Notes: generated from the sequence alone by a model not told the origin. DNA of 64,000 bases from Azolla caroliniana (GCA_043228905.1 JBHGNT010000002.1:21142001-21206000), one strand, 5' to 3'; shown: positions 1-13,545, numbered from the stretch's first letter. Translations and numbers: made by a program.

Positions 1-693
1 ATTTTGGTAGAAAGCTTCTCTCACATAATCTAATCTTGTAAATGGAAAGTACATAATGAAATATCATAACCAAAAAGTGAGGAGGAAAGATGCATCAAGC
101 ACATCTACTCTTACATTGGATAATGTTTATATATTAGTGTATGACTTATCTTTGACCAAAACAAGTTATCTGTGACAGACCGCAATGAAGATACTAAAAG
201 AGGATCTGGAATGTGGCTTCAGACACAACACAAAGACAAAGAAGAAGCATGGCTCATAAACTCGATGAGGTTGGATTGCAATTGGATCAACACAATGCAT
301 TAGTTGCCATTGATGATGAGGATGAGACCTCATAAACTCATACTAGTTCATCTAATGGGTATGAAGATGATGACATAAACTTGAAAAATGATTGTCCTGA
401 TACGTTAACGATAAATATTGTATTGCACATCAAGATTTGGATTCAGAATTTCTGTAAATATTGGGGTTAGTCATTTTGGACATTCATTTGTAAGTTTGGC
501 ATGTCCATTATTTAGGCATTTTTTTGAACACCTAAATTTCTGTACATGTTAAAAATCAATATATTTTTGGGTCATTTTTAAAATTCCTTTACGCATGCAG
601 CACCCCTTATTGTGAATCACCCTAATTTGTGTCATTTTTTGATGGACAGTTCTCAAAATGGGACATATTACCTGTTTCAAATGTCCTGGTGTT
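1..693 (+). mobile_element. 3' end of a TIR DNA transposon (same family as 14135-15533 and 40766-43567), inserted into a gypsy RT region
   Basis: Bases ~95-410 translate to a degenerate STSTLTLDNVYILVYDLSLTKT...DDEDET, homologous to ORF 14428-15003. Subterminal 530-605 matches the reverse complement of 14221-14295. TIR ends at 693, where the gypsy frame (INEFAEAF) is interrupted. Confidence 0.8.
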
Positions 694-3384
694 AAATGCT
701 TCTGCAAACTCATTGATACTTAGACCAATCCTAGCATTGCGGATCGTAACTTTATTCACTGGTTGAAGATCTTGTATAAACCTTAAGGTTCCATTCTTCT
801 TTGGTACCGTGAACCAGTTATTCGAGTAAGGGGCATTTGATGGCTCCAGAATTCCCATCTCAACCTTCTCTTTCAAGAGCTTGATTAATTTTGGAATGTT
901 CGCTCTTGGGACTGGTATTGGCTTCAAGTTCCACGACACATGTGGTATTGTGAATACCATAATCGGTTTTATCATCCTTGGATTGGTGCATCCTATTTCA
1001 TTTGGATGGAATGCAAATGCTTTCCCATGTCTTTTGAGCATTTCCCAAAATGCGACTTCCTCTTCTAGCAACAAAAAATCATCTTTCTCGGCACGAAACT
1101 TTTCTCTTGTCTCTTTACTGAAGGCATGTCTGATTCCTCTCGGATCCCATAGGCTTGGATCTTGTGCAACTTCATTCATCCTTTGACAACTATCCTCAAA
1201 TAGTGGAATAGCAACATGCTTTACTTTCTTGTCCACTGTTTTGTATTTCGTATTAGCTTCGACATTCTCTGCCATGATACTTTGATTATACTCGTCAATG
1301 GCGACATACATCTCGATGGAGTTTATCTGAATTGATCGCTAGCTACGAGGGCCCAAGTTCACGAAATTCTCCATTCCTCCAATGGTGTTGTTAAATGAGG
1401 CTTCCTCCATAACCCATTCGATGCTTTCATCACTTTCCAATATTTGTTCTTCTCGTAAAGCTTCCTTGAAGCTTTGCATCGGAGACTTCTCTTCTTTGTG
1501 AAACGTGTTGATTTTGCACACTCCATTAGGGGCTACGTACAACCCTCCTTTTGCAAATTCGAACTTTTCTTTCTTCTTGGGGCATACACTTCTTTGGACT
1601 ATTCACACTCCGCTTGCAACCTGAAGCATCTTCTCCGAGACTATCCCGATTCCTTTCATGATTGGCACGTATAGTCAAGAACTGTACGGCCTTCTTCCCA
1701 TCAAGACTCCTTATTCGAGAAAATGCCGCACCATTATCGAACACTTTGGTTTCCATACGGGATGATATTATGTAGAATTTCCCAAGAATGATAGGATGGG
1801 ATGTTGAATCTTGAACAAAAAAATGTTGATCTATCTCGACGTTGCCAATCATCATGGGGATATTAGGACATGCACCATAGAGGTCTTCGGTAGATTTCGT
1901 TGCCGCATGGATCTTCCACCCATGATTCGTATTTATGGGCCATCTTCCCTTTTTGTAGACCTCAGTCGATATACGGTTGATCTTGTACCCATGGTCTATT
2001 AAAGCTACGACTGTATCTTTTCTCTCTCCCAACTTTACTAACATCTCCGTCGTCGCTCGTGCCCAATGAGGCCGAGTATAATGGTTGTCCACCATATCAT
2101 TATTGACTTCATCCCCTGCCATCGTTATGGATTTTTCTTTTGCTTCTTATGGCTTCTCTTCTTCCCCATCTGACTTTCGCCTTTTTCTCCTTCAAGGTCC
2201 ACGATCGTACCATGAATTCCTTCTTCCTAATGCCAAACAATTCCCTCAAGGACAAGGTCACATGGCTATCAAGAACACGGTCCTTGAGAATTTTCTTCAA
2301 ATTGGTCATTTGTGCTATGTCCGACCATAGGTTATAGGTAGGCATAGTTCTTGTCTTCCGAGCGAGGTCTTCGACGTCAACCCTCATGAGCCGAACCATT
2401 TCTTCGACTCGTTTGCTCGACTCCCCTTTCCGGCTTGAGTCTCCATCCTTCGTTCGTAAAGCTCGACTTGCCTCTGCATCTTCTTTCTTTTCTGTGCTCC
2501 TTGTTTCATGTCTTTTTGATGGGTTTTCTTGCTCTTCTATTCTTTTTCTCTTTTCATCCACGAGCACCTCGTGCTTGTGACACATCACTTCTGCAAGTAT
2601 GGTGTTGTCATCTAATGGATCCGACCATCCAGTTATCTTTGCACACTTTGGTCCACAAGCTCTACATCGTCTGAAGTAACTTTGCCCTTTTTCTTACACT
2701 CTAGAACAGAAGACCAAAACTTTCCCAACTCTTATTCCGGTCAATGCAGCATAGTGCATCGCATCCACATGAGTCGCGTCGGCATCTTACATAACTTTCT
2801 TCATTCCCCCTCTTCCGAAATTCACCCTCAAGGGTCTTCTGGTTTCATTCGAGCAGATCATGTTGCCATCCATGTATAGGATATTTTGTCGAAAGGCCTC
2901 TCGAAGGGTCGAACAGACCCTTCTCATGTGGTCCATGTTGTCGCACCACACACATCTAAAGGGTTCTTTTCCTTTCGGGCCTCGACGATTCATGTTCGCT
3001 AGTGTGACTGTCTCGAACTTCTTCTCTCCAATTCTTCAATGATGTCATCATCAATCTTCTTTTCATCTGGGTTGCTTTGTTTGGGCGACTCAGTCACCTT
3101 TGGTTATCTCAGTTCCCCCCCCCCCCCCCCCCCCTCAATCCTGCCAAGTCAGTGTCATGAACCCATTGACGACGCTTGTCGAGCCTGTTGCATGCTCACT
3201 TCACTGCAATCCAGTCTGCCACAAGCCCCTTCTCTTGGGTATCATCTTCGAGGAGAGTCTAGAATTCTCGTCTATCCTTCATATCCACAGCTTTCAAGAA
3301 GTAAAAAGTCTTGTCCTCCTCAAGCAACACTTCGTTCGTGGCGGGGAGATGATTAAACATCTGGTCAAACTCGTCGTATAACCT

Positions 3385-6335
3385 TGTTATCCATGGGACA
3401 AAAAGATAAATTAGTTAAATATAATACGACGGTAGGTAAGGTTAGTAGGTGAGGAAGGTAGAGTTTAGGAAAACGCCGAGCTTCGAGCCTCACAGTCAGT
3501 GGACGGCTCGGCTTTGTATGAACAAAAAGTATATAAACCGAGGTCTGCGTACCTCGGCAAGGGGGGCTACCTAGATCATTCTGAGCGAGGGTAATATCAT
3601 AGGAGCAAGCTCTGTACATATTGTTTCCAGTTGAGGTGGAGTATTGTAATCGCTGTAAGCTTTATCATGAAATATAAGTTTCGTCTTTTCTAAACTTCTA
3701 TTTGTGTATTCTCCCCGTACTCGTAAATCGGGCTACGTTCATACTTAACGGGTTGTAGCCCGTGTACGATCCGTGTTCTCCATTTTTTCCCCCGTGTAGA
3801 AGAAGCTTCCACGTAACACGATCCCTTGACATCGATAGCTTGTGGGCTCATCGAAGGTGTTTTCCAAAGGAACGGATAACAACCCTCCAAAGGTGTTCTC
3901 CACCAAGGAAACAAAGGGAGAAGATTTTGGCGCTCTAATGGGTGAAATCAAACCTCACGAGGATCAAGCCTTACAAAAGATAGGACGGAAGAAGCAAGCA
4001 TAGAATGCTTCGCTCCTCATGGAACTACCAGATCTGAACATGGCCTTAGTTGAGGCATATCGCAATCTACACCACACTACTCAGGCAGCCAAGGACATGG
4101 CCTGACATATCAAAACGGTCCATCAGCAAGCCAAACGGGCTACTGAGCTATGGCAAGCTGCCGAGGAGAAACTTGCGACATTCAAGCAGCAACAACCGCC
4201 CTTAAGCCTCCTTGCGCAGAGTGACGTTGTCTCACCAGCCACTCTTCCGAACTTGAGCCCGAGTGCTGAAGGTACCGCCCACCCCAGGGTAGCCACGGTC
4301 GAGGCCAGCACAATGAAGGACTCGGTACAGACAAGTGAACCATTGTCACGAGCAGATATGAGCCTGCACCCCCAAACCAGCCAAGCCTCCACGCAAACGC
4401 CACCACCCTCCGTTGTCATGGAACGATCTACACAGATAGACAGGGAGCCCTCGCCCCAAATCCAGCAAGCGGCAACCTAGACAGGGCCTCCTCTCCAGGA
4501 CTACCAGGAGGAGCTTCAGGCCCAGATCGCTCTGGCCGAGTTGGCAGAACAGAACCACAATAACATTCTTGGCCAGCTAAGGGAACAAGCCACAAGCCGC
4601 GAAGCGAACCTCAAGCGACTGCTTGCTGAAAGGTCGGGCGCGCTTGAAGTATGAGAATGAGAGGTGATGACCCTTCAGGTCTCTATCATTGAGGCCAAAG
4701 AATGTTTCCTCAAAGAAGCCGAGTGGAATAGCCAACGGGAACAAGAGCTCTTGGAGAACAACCAAGAATTACGACGTCATCAAAGAGCCTTACAAGACAT
4801 GGCCAACGAACATATGCAAAAATGGAGGATTTCGGAAGAGCAAAGGGAAAAAATTTCCGATGCCTATGACCAGTTGCAAACCGAGCACCTCGCCGCTAAA
4901 GAACAACATCGGGATGCTTGGCGACAGGACATGGACGAAATTGTAGCTCAGATCACCACACGCTATGAGCAGACAATCACGCTCATCACCGAGAAAGCAA
5001 AGGATAATCAAGCTACTTTAGCTACTTTAGCACTCCTCATCTGCAAAAGCTAAGTAAAAGCCAGCATGGAAGGCAATGGAAGTTCACCACGGTAGCATCA
5101 ACATGGATGATACTAAAATCAAGATCCTAATCAACAAGTATCGCCAACAATTCACCATGAAGATCAAAGAAATGCTTGACCATGTCTGGCAGGGGTGGTC
5201 AACCCAAGCCGCGGACCTACACATACTACGCGCGGATGCCGAGAACCGACGGAAGGAGGGCCGAGGTTTTTACAAGATGGATGACACCAGCATCCAGACC
5301 CTCCGCGAGGACTTAACGGAGGAATATCATGCCTTAGCAGCTTCCCACACCGCGGCCATGGAGCAACTCTTAGAGGAATTCAACGACGATCTAATGGTGT
5401 TTCGCTTAGAAGACAAAGCGTACAAGGAGGAATGACTCGATACAGTGATTAACAGAGCTCCCACAACCACCGAGCAAGGACCCGAGTCAACCACCACGGT
5501 AGTTAGACCGGAGAAACCTGCCCCTACAGACCTCGACATCCCACCCGAGCCACAGACTATAACCCCGACCCTGCCTTAATCGGTGCCAACAGAGGAGGGC
5601 ACAAACGACGACACCGTCATCCCCAATTCGGCAACACAACCTCCATCACCAACCCCACCTGCCGAGCAGCCAGACCAACCCCACGCCCCCGAGGATATCC
5701 TCGGCATATTGGAAGAGTTATAAAACCAACCTATAAGCCCTCGTAGGAACGGGCAATTTTTGTAATTTGTGTTGTTTTGCCAAATCCTTGTGAATCGTGG
5801 GTCCGACGGACAAAGTCCTATCCCACGGGCGTGCCAGGTGTTGTCCATGGGACAAAAGGATAAATTAGTTAAATATAATACGACGGTAGGTAAGGTTAGT
5901 AGGTGAGGAAGGTAGAGTTTAAGAAAACGCCGAGCTTCAAGCCTCACAGTCAGCCGACAGCTCGGCTCTGTATGAACAAAAAGTATATAAACCGAGGTCT
6001 GCGTACCTCGGCAGGGGGGGATACCTAGATCATTCTGAGGGAGGGTAATATCATAGGAGCAAGCTTTGTACGTACTATTTCCGGATGAGGCCGATTATTG
6101 TAATCGTTCTAAGCTTTATCATGAAATATAAGTTTCGTCTTTTCTAAACTTCTATCTGTGTATTCTCCCCGTACTCGTAAATCGGGCTACGTTCATACTT
6201 AACGGGTTGTGGCCTGTGTACGATCCGTGTTCTGCTTTTTTTCCCCCGTGTAGAAGAAGCTTCCACGTAACACGGTCCCTTGACACCGATAGCTTGTGAG
6301 CTCATCAAAGGTGTTTTCCAAAGGAACGGATAACA
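3385..6335 (-). mobile_element. Non-autonomous LTR element with ~497-bp LTRs (3385-3881, 5839-6335) and a tRNA-Arg-like PBS; no gag or pol recognised
   Basis: Direct repeats with termini TGTT(A/G)TCC...GGATAACA. Minus-strand PBS TGGCACGCCCGTGGGA at ~5821-5836. Purine tract GGAGGGT before the left LTR. 5-bp TSD AACCT/ACCCT (1 mismatch) whose removal restores the host gag frame. Confidence 0.85.
3938..5722 (+). pseudogene. Degenerate long coiled-coil ORF, antisense to its host LTR element
   Basis: ORFs 4253-4480 and 4664-5053 share a frame broken by TGA/TAG stops; 5076-5435 continues after a frameshift. Q/E/L-rich heptad-like sequence and a P/T-rich tail ending TAA at ~5722. Confidence 0.6.
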
Positions 6336-6989
6336 ACCCTCAAGGCGCTCATCTTCTTATTTTTCTTCTTTATCCACTTCATAAAGAAATGTCGAGTCAT
6401 TCTCGACAAATCTTCCGTCGTGAACTCTGCTAATATTTCTTTCTCGAACTCGTACCATGTTGTCTTCCCTTCTTGAAGCTCGATGACCCGCCTTTGCACG
6501 TTGTTGGCGACAACTCTCTTGAAACTTGAGATTTGACGTTGTCATGTTGTTATGTGTGCGCGTAGGAAACTAAGGCAGAACTGTAGCGGCCCTGAACTGA
6601 GGAGTGAGCGAAAGAAGAGGGAGAAGAGAAGAGAAACGATGGAATGGCAAAAACCGGGGAAATGCAACTCAAGAAGAACCAATTACTACAAGTAAGTGAT
6701 TACAACCCTGTTGAGATTAGAACCGGCGTGCTGGCGATCAATCAAACACACTCACACACACACACCTAGGGATACACAATGGGGCCCTGCCGAAAGCACA
6801 TGGGCTTCCCACGCAAGCGGACGCAAAAAACACCCCGTCCTCCGAAATGCCCATTTTTATAGGCCGCTGAGCGTGGGCTGTTACATCCTAGTTACATCAC
6901 CTTTTATTCTCTGTCCCTTCAGATAGAGATACGCCTTGATTTGCTAATCCTATTAATATGTTTATATTTACATCACGCTGACCTATTCT

Positions 6990-9900
6990 TAAATAAGGTA
7001 CATTAACTTAAATTGGGCCGGCTCGGACTTCGTTCTCGAAGGTTCGTCTTCATTCTTTCCAAAGTCGGATTTGCTCCGATCCGACTCGTCTCTACCGGTG
7101 GCGTATTCCGGTGTGAACCGTCTCCTCGGTTCCTTGTGTGAGGAGAGCACGATAGACTCTCGACTACTCACTGGCTCATCATCGGACTGGTCATTTTGAC
7201 TCAGTCGCTCATCCGGCCAACTTAGCTGGAATGAGATCGGACACTCATCTAGAATACCAAATCCATCTTCATTCGGATCGTTTCGGGCTCATTGGCCTCG
7301 TCCTCCGGAATCGGGTCGGAGTCGTATATCAGAGTTGGTTAAGAGTATCATGATGCCAACTCATCAAATTCGACATCTCGGCTCACTCAAACTTGTTTTG
7401 TTTTGGGGTTATAGCTCTTATAACCCTTTTGCTCATGTGAGTAGCCGACAAGGATGCACTTCTCCGAGTTCGGGTCCAGCTTTCTCCGCTTCTCATCCGA
7501 CACATGCATTAATGCAATGCTACCAAATATCTTAAGATGCCTTAAATTCAGCTTCCACCTGAAATACAGCTCGTGTGCTGACACCTTATCCCCGATCCGG
7601 TTTTGGATGTAGACAGCCGCTTCGGCCCAGTAGAACTTGGGCATGCTCTTCTCTTCCAACATTGCCCGTGTTGCCTCCACAATTGACCAGTTCTTCCTTT
7701 CGGCCACACCATTTTGTTCTGGTGTGTATCGACAGCTGAATTCCCTCCGAATTCCTTTCTGCTGCAGATAATTGTTGAATTGGCCGAAAAAATATTCTTT
7801 TCCGCCATTCGACCGCAAGCACTTGATTGTCCTCTCTGTTTTCCGTTGTACAAGATTTTGCAAGTTCCGGAAATAATCGAAAACTTTGTTTTTCCTTTCA
7901 ATTAGGTAGACCCATGTGTGTCAGCTGTAGTCGTTGATGAAGGAGACAAAATATCTGCTTCCGCCAAGACTAACGTTCTGTGTTAGTCCTGATACATCTG
8001 AATGTATTAGATCGAGCTTGTTACGGCTTCGGTTTCTTTCAGTGGGGAATGGAAGTTCGTGTTGCTTCCCGAGCTGATAGACTTTACAAATTTGGGCCTT
8101 CCAGCCACTAAATTTTGGCAATCCGAAAACAACATGTTTCGATTGTAGGTCTTGAAGCCTCTGATAGATGACGTGGCTGATCCACTTGTGCCACATGTGG
8201 ATATCCGTTTCGACCTTACGTGCTTTTTCGAACATGGCGATGACAAAGCAACTCCTGTACCTGCACTCTTGCAAAATTATTCAGCCTTCTTCCTAGATGA
8301 AGCACCCAAGGTGCATAAACCGCACTTGTATCCCCTGGTCAACGATCTGCCCGACCAACACCAGGTTCTTTGTGATTGTCGAAACATTTAATACTTTCAT
8401 TTGCTTTCCCTTTTTTCCGACATGCCTTAAAGGGACTTCTCCGACATGCACAATGGGGTGAGGAGTGTCGTTTTCGGTTCCTAAACTCCCGGTTGCTCCA
8501 GCTTTTCCGAAAATATGAACCACTGTTCACGGCTCGTCATGTGGTTTGATGCTCTTAAGTCAACGTACCACACTTCTCCCGATCCAGAAGGGGTCTTCTT
8601 CATTGAGTTCGCCTTGTGCTTCATCACAAAGGCTGGCCCTTTTTCGGTCTTACCGGTTCCTGATCCTTCTGATGCTTCTGCGTAGTGCGAGCTTTGTCAG
8701 TTCCCTTGTCCGATCTTGCCGTATCCAGATTTATCTCAATCGGAGTGCTTTTTCTAGCACTCGCTTTCCCGGTGGCGTTTCTTGCCACAGTAGTAGCATT
8801 CCGTGCCAGTTTTCCCTTGCCGGTTTCTGCGACGCTTTAACTCCCGCCGCTTGTGGCGGGTTTGGAACTGCTATCGACACTATCTTTGTGCCTTGGGTTC
8901 CGCTCTTGTCGGCCGCCTGCATTGCATGCCGACCACCTCATTCTCCATGCCCATAGGCCCAATCCACCTCTATGTAAAACATCTAGTTGTCCGAATGAGT
9001 GGTCCTTGACACACTCGCATGGTTTCCTTTGAATTGCCATGTGGATTTACCCCTACCGTTGTGCTAGACCACCTAGCCAGATCTCATCCTCATCCAATGT
9101 CACGTTGTTAGAACTGAGCGCGTCGTAGATCTCCTTAGTCTTGGTGGTGTAGTCGGTGACCGACATGTCCTATTGTCAAATACTGTTGAGCTCTTGCCGG
9201 AGCTGCAACTTCCGCGCCGTGGTACTTGTGATGAAAATCTTCTGGAGATTTTCCCAGGACTCCTTCTATGACTTTGCATCTTTGATGTAGCCTAGCATCT
9301 GGTCGTGCACATAGGATGCGAGGCAATACAACACTCGGCTCGCTCCTTGCTCCCATACCGGGAAGTTCTTGTGTGCCGAATTCGGTGTTTCTACATTTGC
9401 TCCTTCCATGTAGCTCCAGTATCCGTTGTCCAGGAGGTACTGATGCATTTTATACGACCAGGATGCATAGTTGCTCCGGTCGAGCTTTTCTGTTGGAAGG
9501 AAGCTTGCCATGCTTCATGTCCATACCTTCTCTTTTCGGTCTGTTCTTTTACCAATCGTTAGGTTTTTTCTTTAGAAAAAATAACTTTTCTTTGCAACAG
9601 AGGTTCTGAACCCTCACGCTTTGATACCATGTAAAAGTTTATATGAGGAAGCTTTGACAAACCGGTTTATTTGAATAGCAACAGATAACAGACACAAGGT
9701 GTAATGGAAGCTTCAATCATAGAGATATAGAGTGGGAGAGAGAATGAGAGAACAAAGCAACATAAACTCAATTCATAATAATAATGCTCTGTATGTATAG
9801 TGTGCTCAATGAGCGCTTTTACACACATTCTTAAAAGGACTCATAGATGTGCTTAAAAGTACTTCAATGCTCATACGAGCGACTCACACATACTCCTAAA

Positions 9901-10065
9901 AGTATGCCTATGTACTAGCCTAGATTCGTAGGCCTCTAACGTCCTACTAGTTCCAATCCGATTCAACTCCTGGTTCTGGATACCATCTAGACATCGATCT
10001 GGTTCTTCGTTCCGGCTCTAGCTTGTTCAACCGATTTGGATCCGGTTGAGCTTGTCCACTCAACA
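6990..10065 (-). mobile_element. Truncated Ty1/copia retrotransposon (5' LTR 9630-10065, PBS-iMet, gag, protease, integrase)
   Basis: TG...CA LTR; PBS TGGTATCAAAGC at 9618-9629 (minus); gag KLDRSNYASWSYKM; GAG-pre-integrase WHKWISH; integrase LIHSDV, TPEQNGVAERKN, KLDPNSEKCILVGY. Confidence 0.9.
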
Positions 10066-12138
10066 TGAAATAACGGAGGACGACTCGACATCGAATGACC
10101 AAGCTGATTGAAGAAATCGAACTGACAAAATCAGCACCTAGGAGATCCAGACAAGTCTGAAGGCCTACAGAGTTCTATCAACCAGGCCTCGACTATGTCT
10201 ACTACACAGGCGAAGGAGAACCGAGCTCCTACGAGGAAGCCATAGTTGCGTGAGACACCGACACATGGCTACAAGCCATGAAATCCAAAATGGATGTGAT
10301 TCATCAGAACCAAACATGGGAGTTGGTAGAACTACTAGCCGGAAGGAAACCGCTACCCTGCAAATGGTTTTTTAGATAAAAATATGTATTTGATTCAGAG
10401 AAGCCCAAATACAAAGTTCCGCTCCTCGCAAAGGGATTCAAACAAGAACACGGTGTCGTGTGGTTTTCCACACACAATATGAAAACTAGTAAAATAAGTA
10501 TTTAAGATTAGCTTAATGGCTTGATATGGAAAGATAGATGTCTTGAAAAGCTTCATAACGCATTTTACTACACATGAAACGGATAAGTAAGTATTAAGTT
10601 ATGTGAATATAGAGTTTGAGAAGATAAGGAAAATAGAATTGTGAAATATCCCACATAGATCTATCTATATAAGCAGATTGAGAACCATTAGTTTCCATCT
10701 ATGTGTTGAGAGCACAAAAGGAATAGTTGGACTTGGACCAATTTGTCTACATGGACAAATGTGGCTAAAGAAACGGCGACTGAATAGAGCCGACAATCGG
10801 ATAGAACCGGCAACAAAGCCGAGAATCGAAAACTATATGGAGCCGGCAACTGGATAGAACCGACAACAAAGCTGGGAACCGGAAACTAGATAGAACCGGC
10901 AACAAAGTCGGGAACTGGAAACCGAAAACCGAAAACCGGATAGAGCCGGCAATCGGAAACTGGCAATCGGACGGAGTCGGCAATCATCAACCGGACGACG
11001 ACGGAACGGAAACCGGATGCGGACCGGACGGATCGGATGGGCGACGGTCGAGATGGACGAATGATAGGATCATGTGGCGAATTAAAGTAAAGTAAAGTAA
11101 AGGCGAAGCAACTAAATAAAAAGAGGCCATGCAACTAAAAAAAAAGGCCAAGCAACTAAAAATGGAGGCCATGCAACTAAAAGCGGACGCATGCAAAGGA
11201 TCATGGGAGGCTATGATCAACGAAGAACTCCATGTATATTCCATTCTTTTCCTCCACTTTATCCTCTCTCCATTTTTTTTTCTTTTCTTTCTCAGCTTCC
11301 TTATCTTATCAAAGCCATAACACTCAAAAACCCTAATTTTCCCTACGGAAGCGATATCTCTCGTATAACCTAATTCTAATTTTCCCTACGGAAGCCATAA
11401 CACTCAAAAACCCTAATTTTCCCTACGGAAGTCATATCTCTCAAAACCCCTAATTTTTCTTTTCTATTAATCTCAGTAAACCTAAAACTTCGGAATCCCA
11501 ATCTTGGGACATATTGTAATTTCTTTTACTTTGTTAATGAAAATTATTAAATTTCATATTTCCGTTCATTGTTAAAAATATAAACGCACGAATGTGATAT
11601 CCTTTATCGGAGGCCCCAAGGTCCTGCCTCAAGTTCACGTATCCTCGTCGTATTTTCGCAACAACGGGGTTGACTATGATGAGATATTCTCTCCAATAGT
11701 CAAGATGACCACCCTTCGGTTCCTACTCGGGGTCATGGTGGCAAAGGATGTAGAGCAAGAGCAGATGGACGTAAAGACTACATTTGTACACAGAGATTTG
11801 GAAGAAGATATTTACATGTCTCAACCGACAGGCTTCATTGGACAGTGGGAGATTTAACCCCAAATCATTTGTATACATACAAAAGAGTAGTCCTTTTATG
11901 GGGGAGTTTGTTGGCATAAAAGGTCGACTCCTTCCGCTTTGAATCTATAAGTGTGAACATGTCCGATAGTTAGGGCGTGACTACATAAGCTCTAACCTAA
12001 CTTTGTATAAGTGAGTGTCTTGAGTCTTGGAGTGAAAGAGTTAGAGAGAGAAATAAGAACTTCCATTCGTGCTTGAAGTATGTCTATAATCATCTTCTTA
12101 TTCCTATATATGTGGCATTTGTTGTGCATATATCAACA
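10066..12138 (+). mobile_element. Ty1/copia RT remnant with PPT and probable 3' LTR, split by a solo LTR
   Basis: EPSSYEEA...WLQAMKS...NQTWELVEL...KGFKQEHG|VDYDEIFSPIVKMTT...QMDVKTTFVHRDLEEDIYMSQP. PPT GGGGGAG followed by TGTTGG at 11909. LTR end uncertain. Confidence 0.8.
10454..11663 (+). mobile_element. Solo LTR (gypsy-related) with internal tandem repeats
   Basis: TGTCGTG...CGCAACA termini. Perfect 4-bp TSD ACGG (10450-10453, 11664-11667) whose removal restores the copia frame GAA CAC GGG GTT GAC. 3' end homologous to the LTR end at 34253/59426. Tandem units AGAACCGGCAACAAAG, GGCCATGCAACTAAAA and AAACCCTAATTTTCCCTACGG. Confidence 0.85.
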
Positions 12139-12319
12139 GGTTCTCACACATATTCTTCCGCGCATTCTTTCATACATCATCCATCAATTCAGACACAGAT
12201 GATTTTCGCTCAGCGAATTTGGCTATAGTTTTTCAAGCCAACCAATTTCGACTTATATCTTTTAGCCCAGCCGACTCGACTTTAATTCTTTGGCCCAAGC
12301 TGATTCGGCAACTGAAGAC

Positions 12320-13545
12320 AAAACTTAAGTGAAACCATGCCTTAATGGTTTAAACGGCTTGGTTCAGTTCAGTTCGATTTTAATGGTTTGAAATTGCGGT
12401 TAAAATGGTTTAACGGTTTGTAAAAAAAAATTATTTCAAAAATATTACTTGTTTTAAACAACCATTTAATTTTAAGCCTAATTCTCACATTTTAGGAAAA
12501 ATATTTAAAATTTTGAAAAATTAAAATTAGAAATAATGAAATCATTTTTAAATTTTAAATTGTAAAATTTGAATTGTGACCTACGTTGAAACGATGTCGT
12601 GAAAATCCACCACTACGTGCGGATCGTGAGGCGGAACCGCCAGGGTTATGGATTGGAAGGAATTAGGGCTCATACGCATAACACAAGGAAGATTTACACA
12701 TAACACATGTAGATGAAAGAAAAAATTAGTTTATGTCAAAATAATAGATTCTTTTAGTATAAGAATCATATTACAACGGTTTGGATGTGAATATAAAGGA
12801 TTGTTTATAAAGGAATGGGGGAAGACAGGTGGAGAAAAGAAGAGACTGGAATATAGAAGGAGTTCCTTTGTTGATGACACCTCTTGATGTTGTTGACCCT
12901 TCTCCTTCCGCTCTCCAATTTAGTAGAGCTTCCACATCCCTTCTCCCTTCCCCCTTCTTCTTAAATGGAGCTCTTATTATAGGTTTAGGATTTCTTGCTT
13001 CCCTTCTTTTGTTTTCCCTCAAAGTTTGTCTATATGAATTGAGTTTCTTTTTATCACTATTTCTGTTTCGTAACATCAAATCTGACATGCAAGATATTCT
13101 TAGAAAGCTCTTTATGTTAGCTTTCTTATGCATATTTCCTTTTCTGATTTGGAAATTGGACGAGGAAATTAATAGCTTTTTACTCGACCTTGCTCCTCAT
13201 ATCGACGCCTAGCTTTTCTTTTCCCATCTTTTTCTCTACTTTTCTCTACTTTTGAAAACAACGTCTAACTTTTTATCCTTTCATTTATTACTATAGTTGA
13301 TTTAACAACATTAGTTTATTTGGACTACTATTTTATTCTCTTTTGAGGGTGGTTTCACACTATGTGTCGAAAACATCATGACAACGGTTTAATGGTTTAA
13401 CGGTTTGGACTTTGACCTAATGGTTTTAGTTGAACGGTTTTGTGGTTCGGTTCAGTTTGGTTGAGGTCTCGAAATTTTTAAATGGTTTGGTTTGGATAGT
13501 CTTGAGCTTAATTGAACTAAACCGAACCTTTGTTGATTTTTATTG
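12320..13545. mobile_element. Possible non-autonomous hAT/MITE-like remnant with clustered CGGTTT/AAACCG subterminal motifs
   Basis: Dense (A)CGGTTT/TGGTTT motifs at 12340-12420 and 13384-13530. TIRs and TSD not resolved. Confidence 0.35.
12595..13383. mobile_element. Probable solo LTR
   Basis: Termini TGTCGTGA...TCATGACA; flanks ACGA/ACGG (4-bp TSD with 1 mismatch). Confidence 0.6.

Larger units (their letters stand above)
694..6990 (-). mobile_element. Degenerate Ty3/gypsy retrotransposon (LTR remnant, gag, protease, start of RT), interrupted by the element at 3385-6335
   Basis: RT start FTVPKKNGTLRFIQDLQPVNKVTIRN (622-1311); protease ALIDHG (1526-2122); zinc-knuckle-like CVWCDNMDHMRRVC (2787-2993); gag continues across the insertion (SALRV|YDEFDQ). 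LTR remnant from 6545 resembles 39610 onward. Right boundary approximate. Confidence 0.85.

Noticed and set aside
3115-3134. C20 homopolymer (possible G-quadruplex on the minus strand)
   Set aside because: Slippage expansion in a dead gag; length unreliable.
10780-11460. Repeat clusters that superficially resemble a CRISPR array
   Set aside because: Degenerate tandem repeats without unique spacers, inside a solo LTR in eukaryotic DNA; no cas genes.
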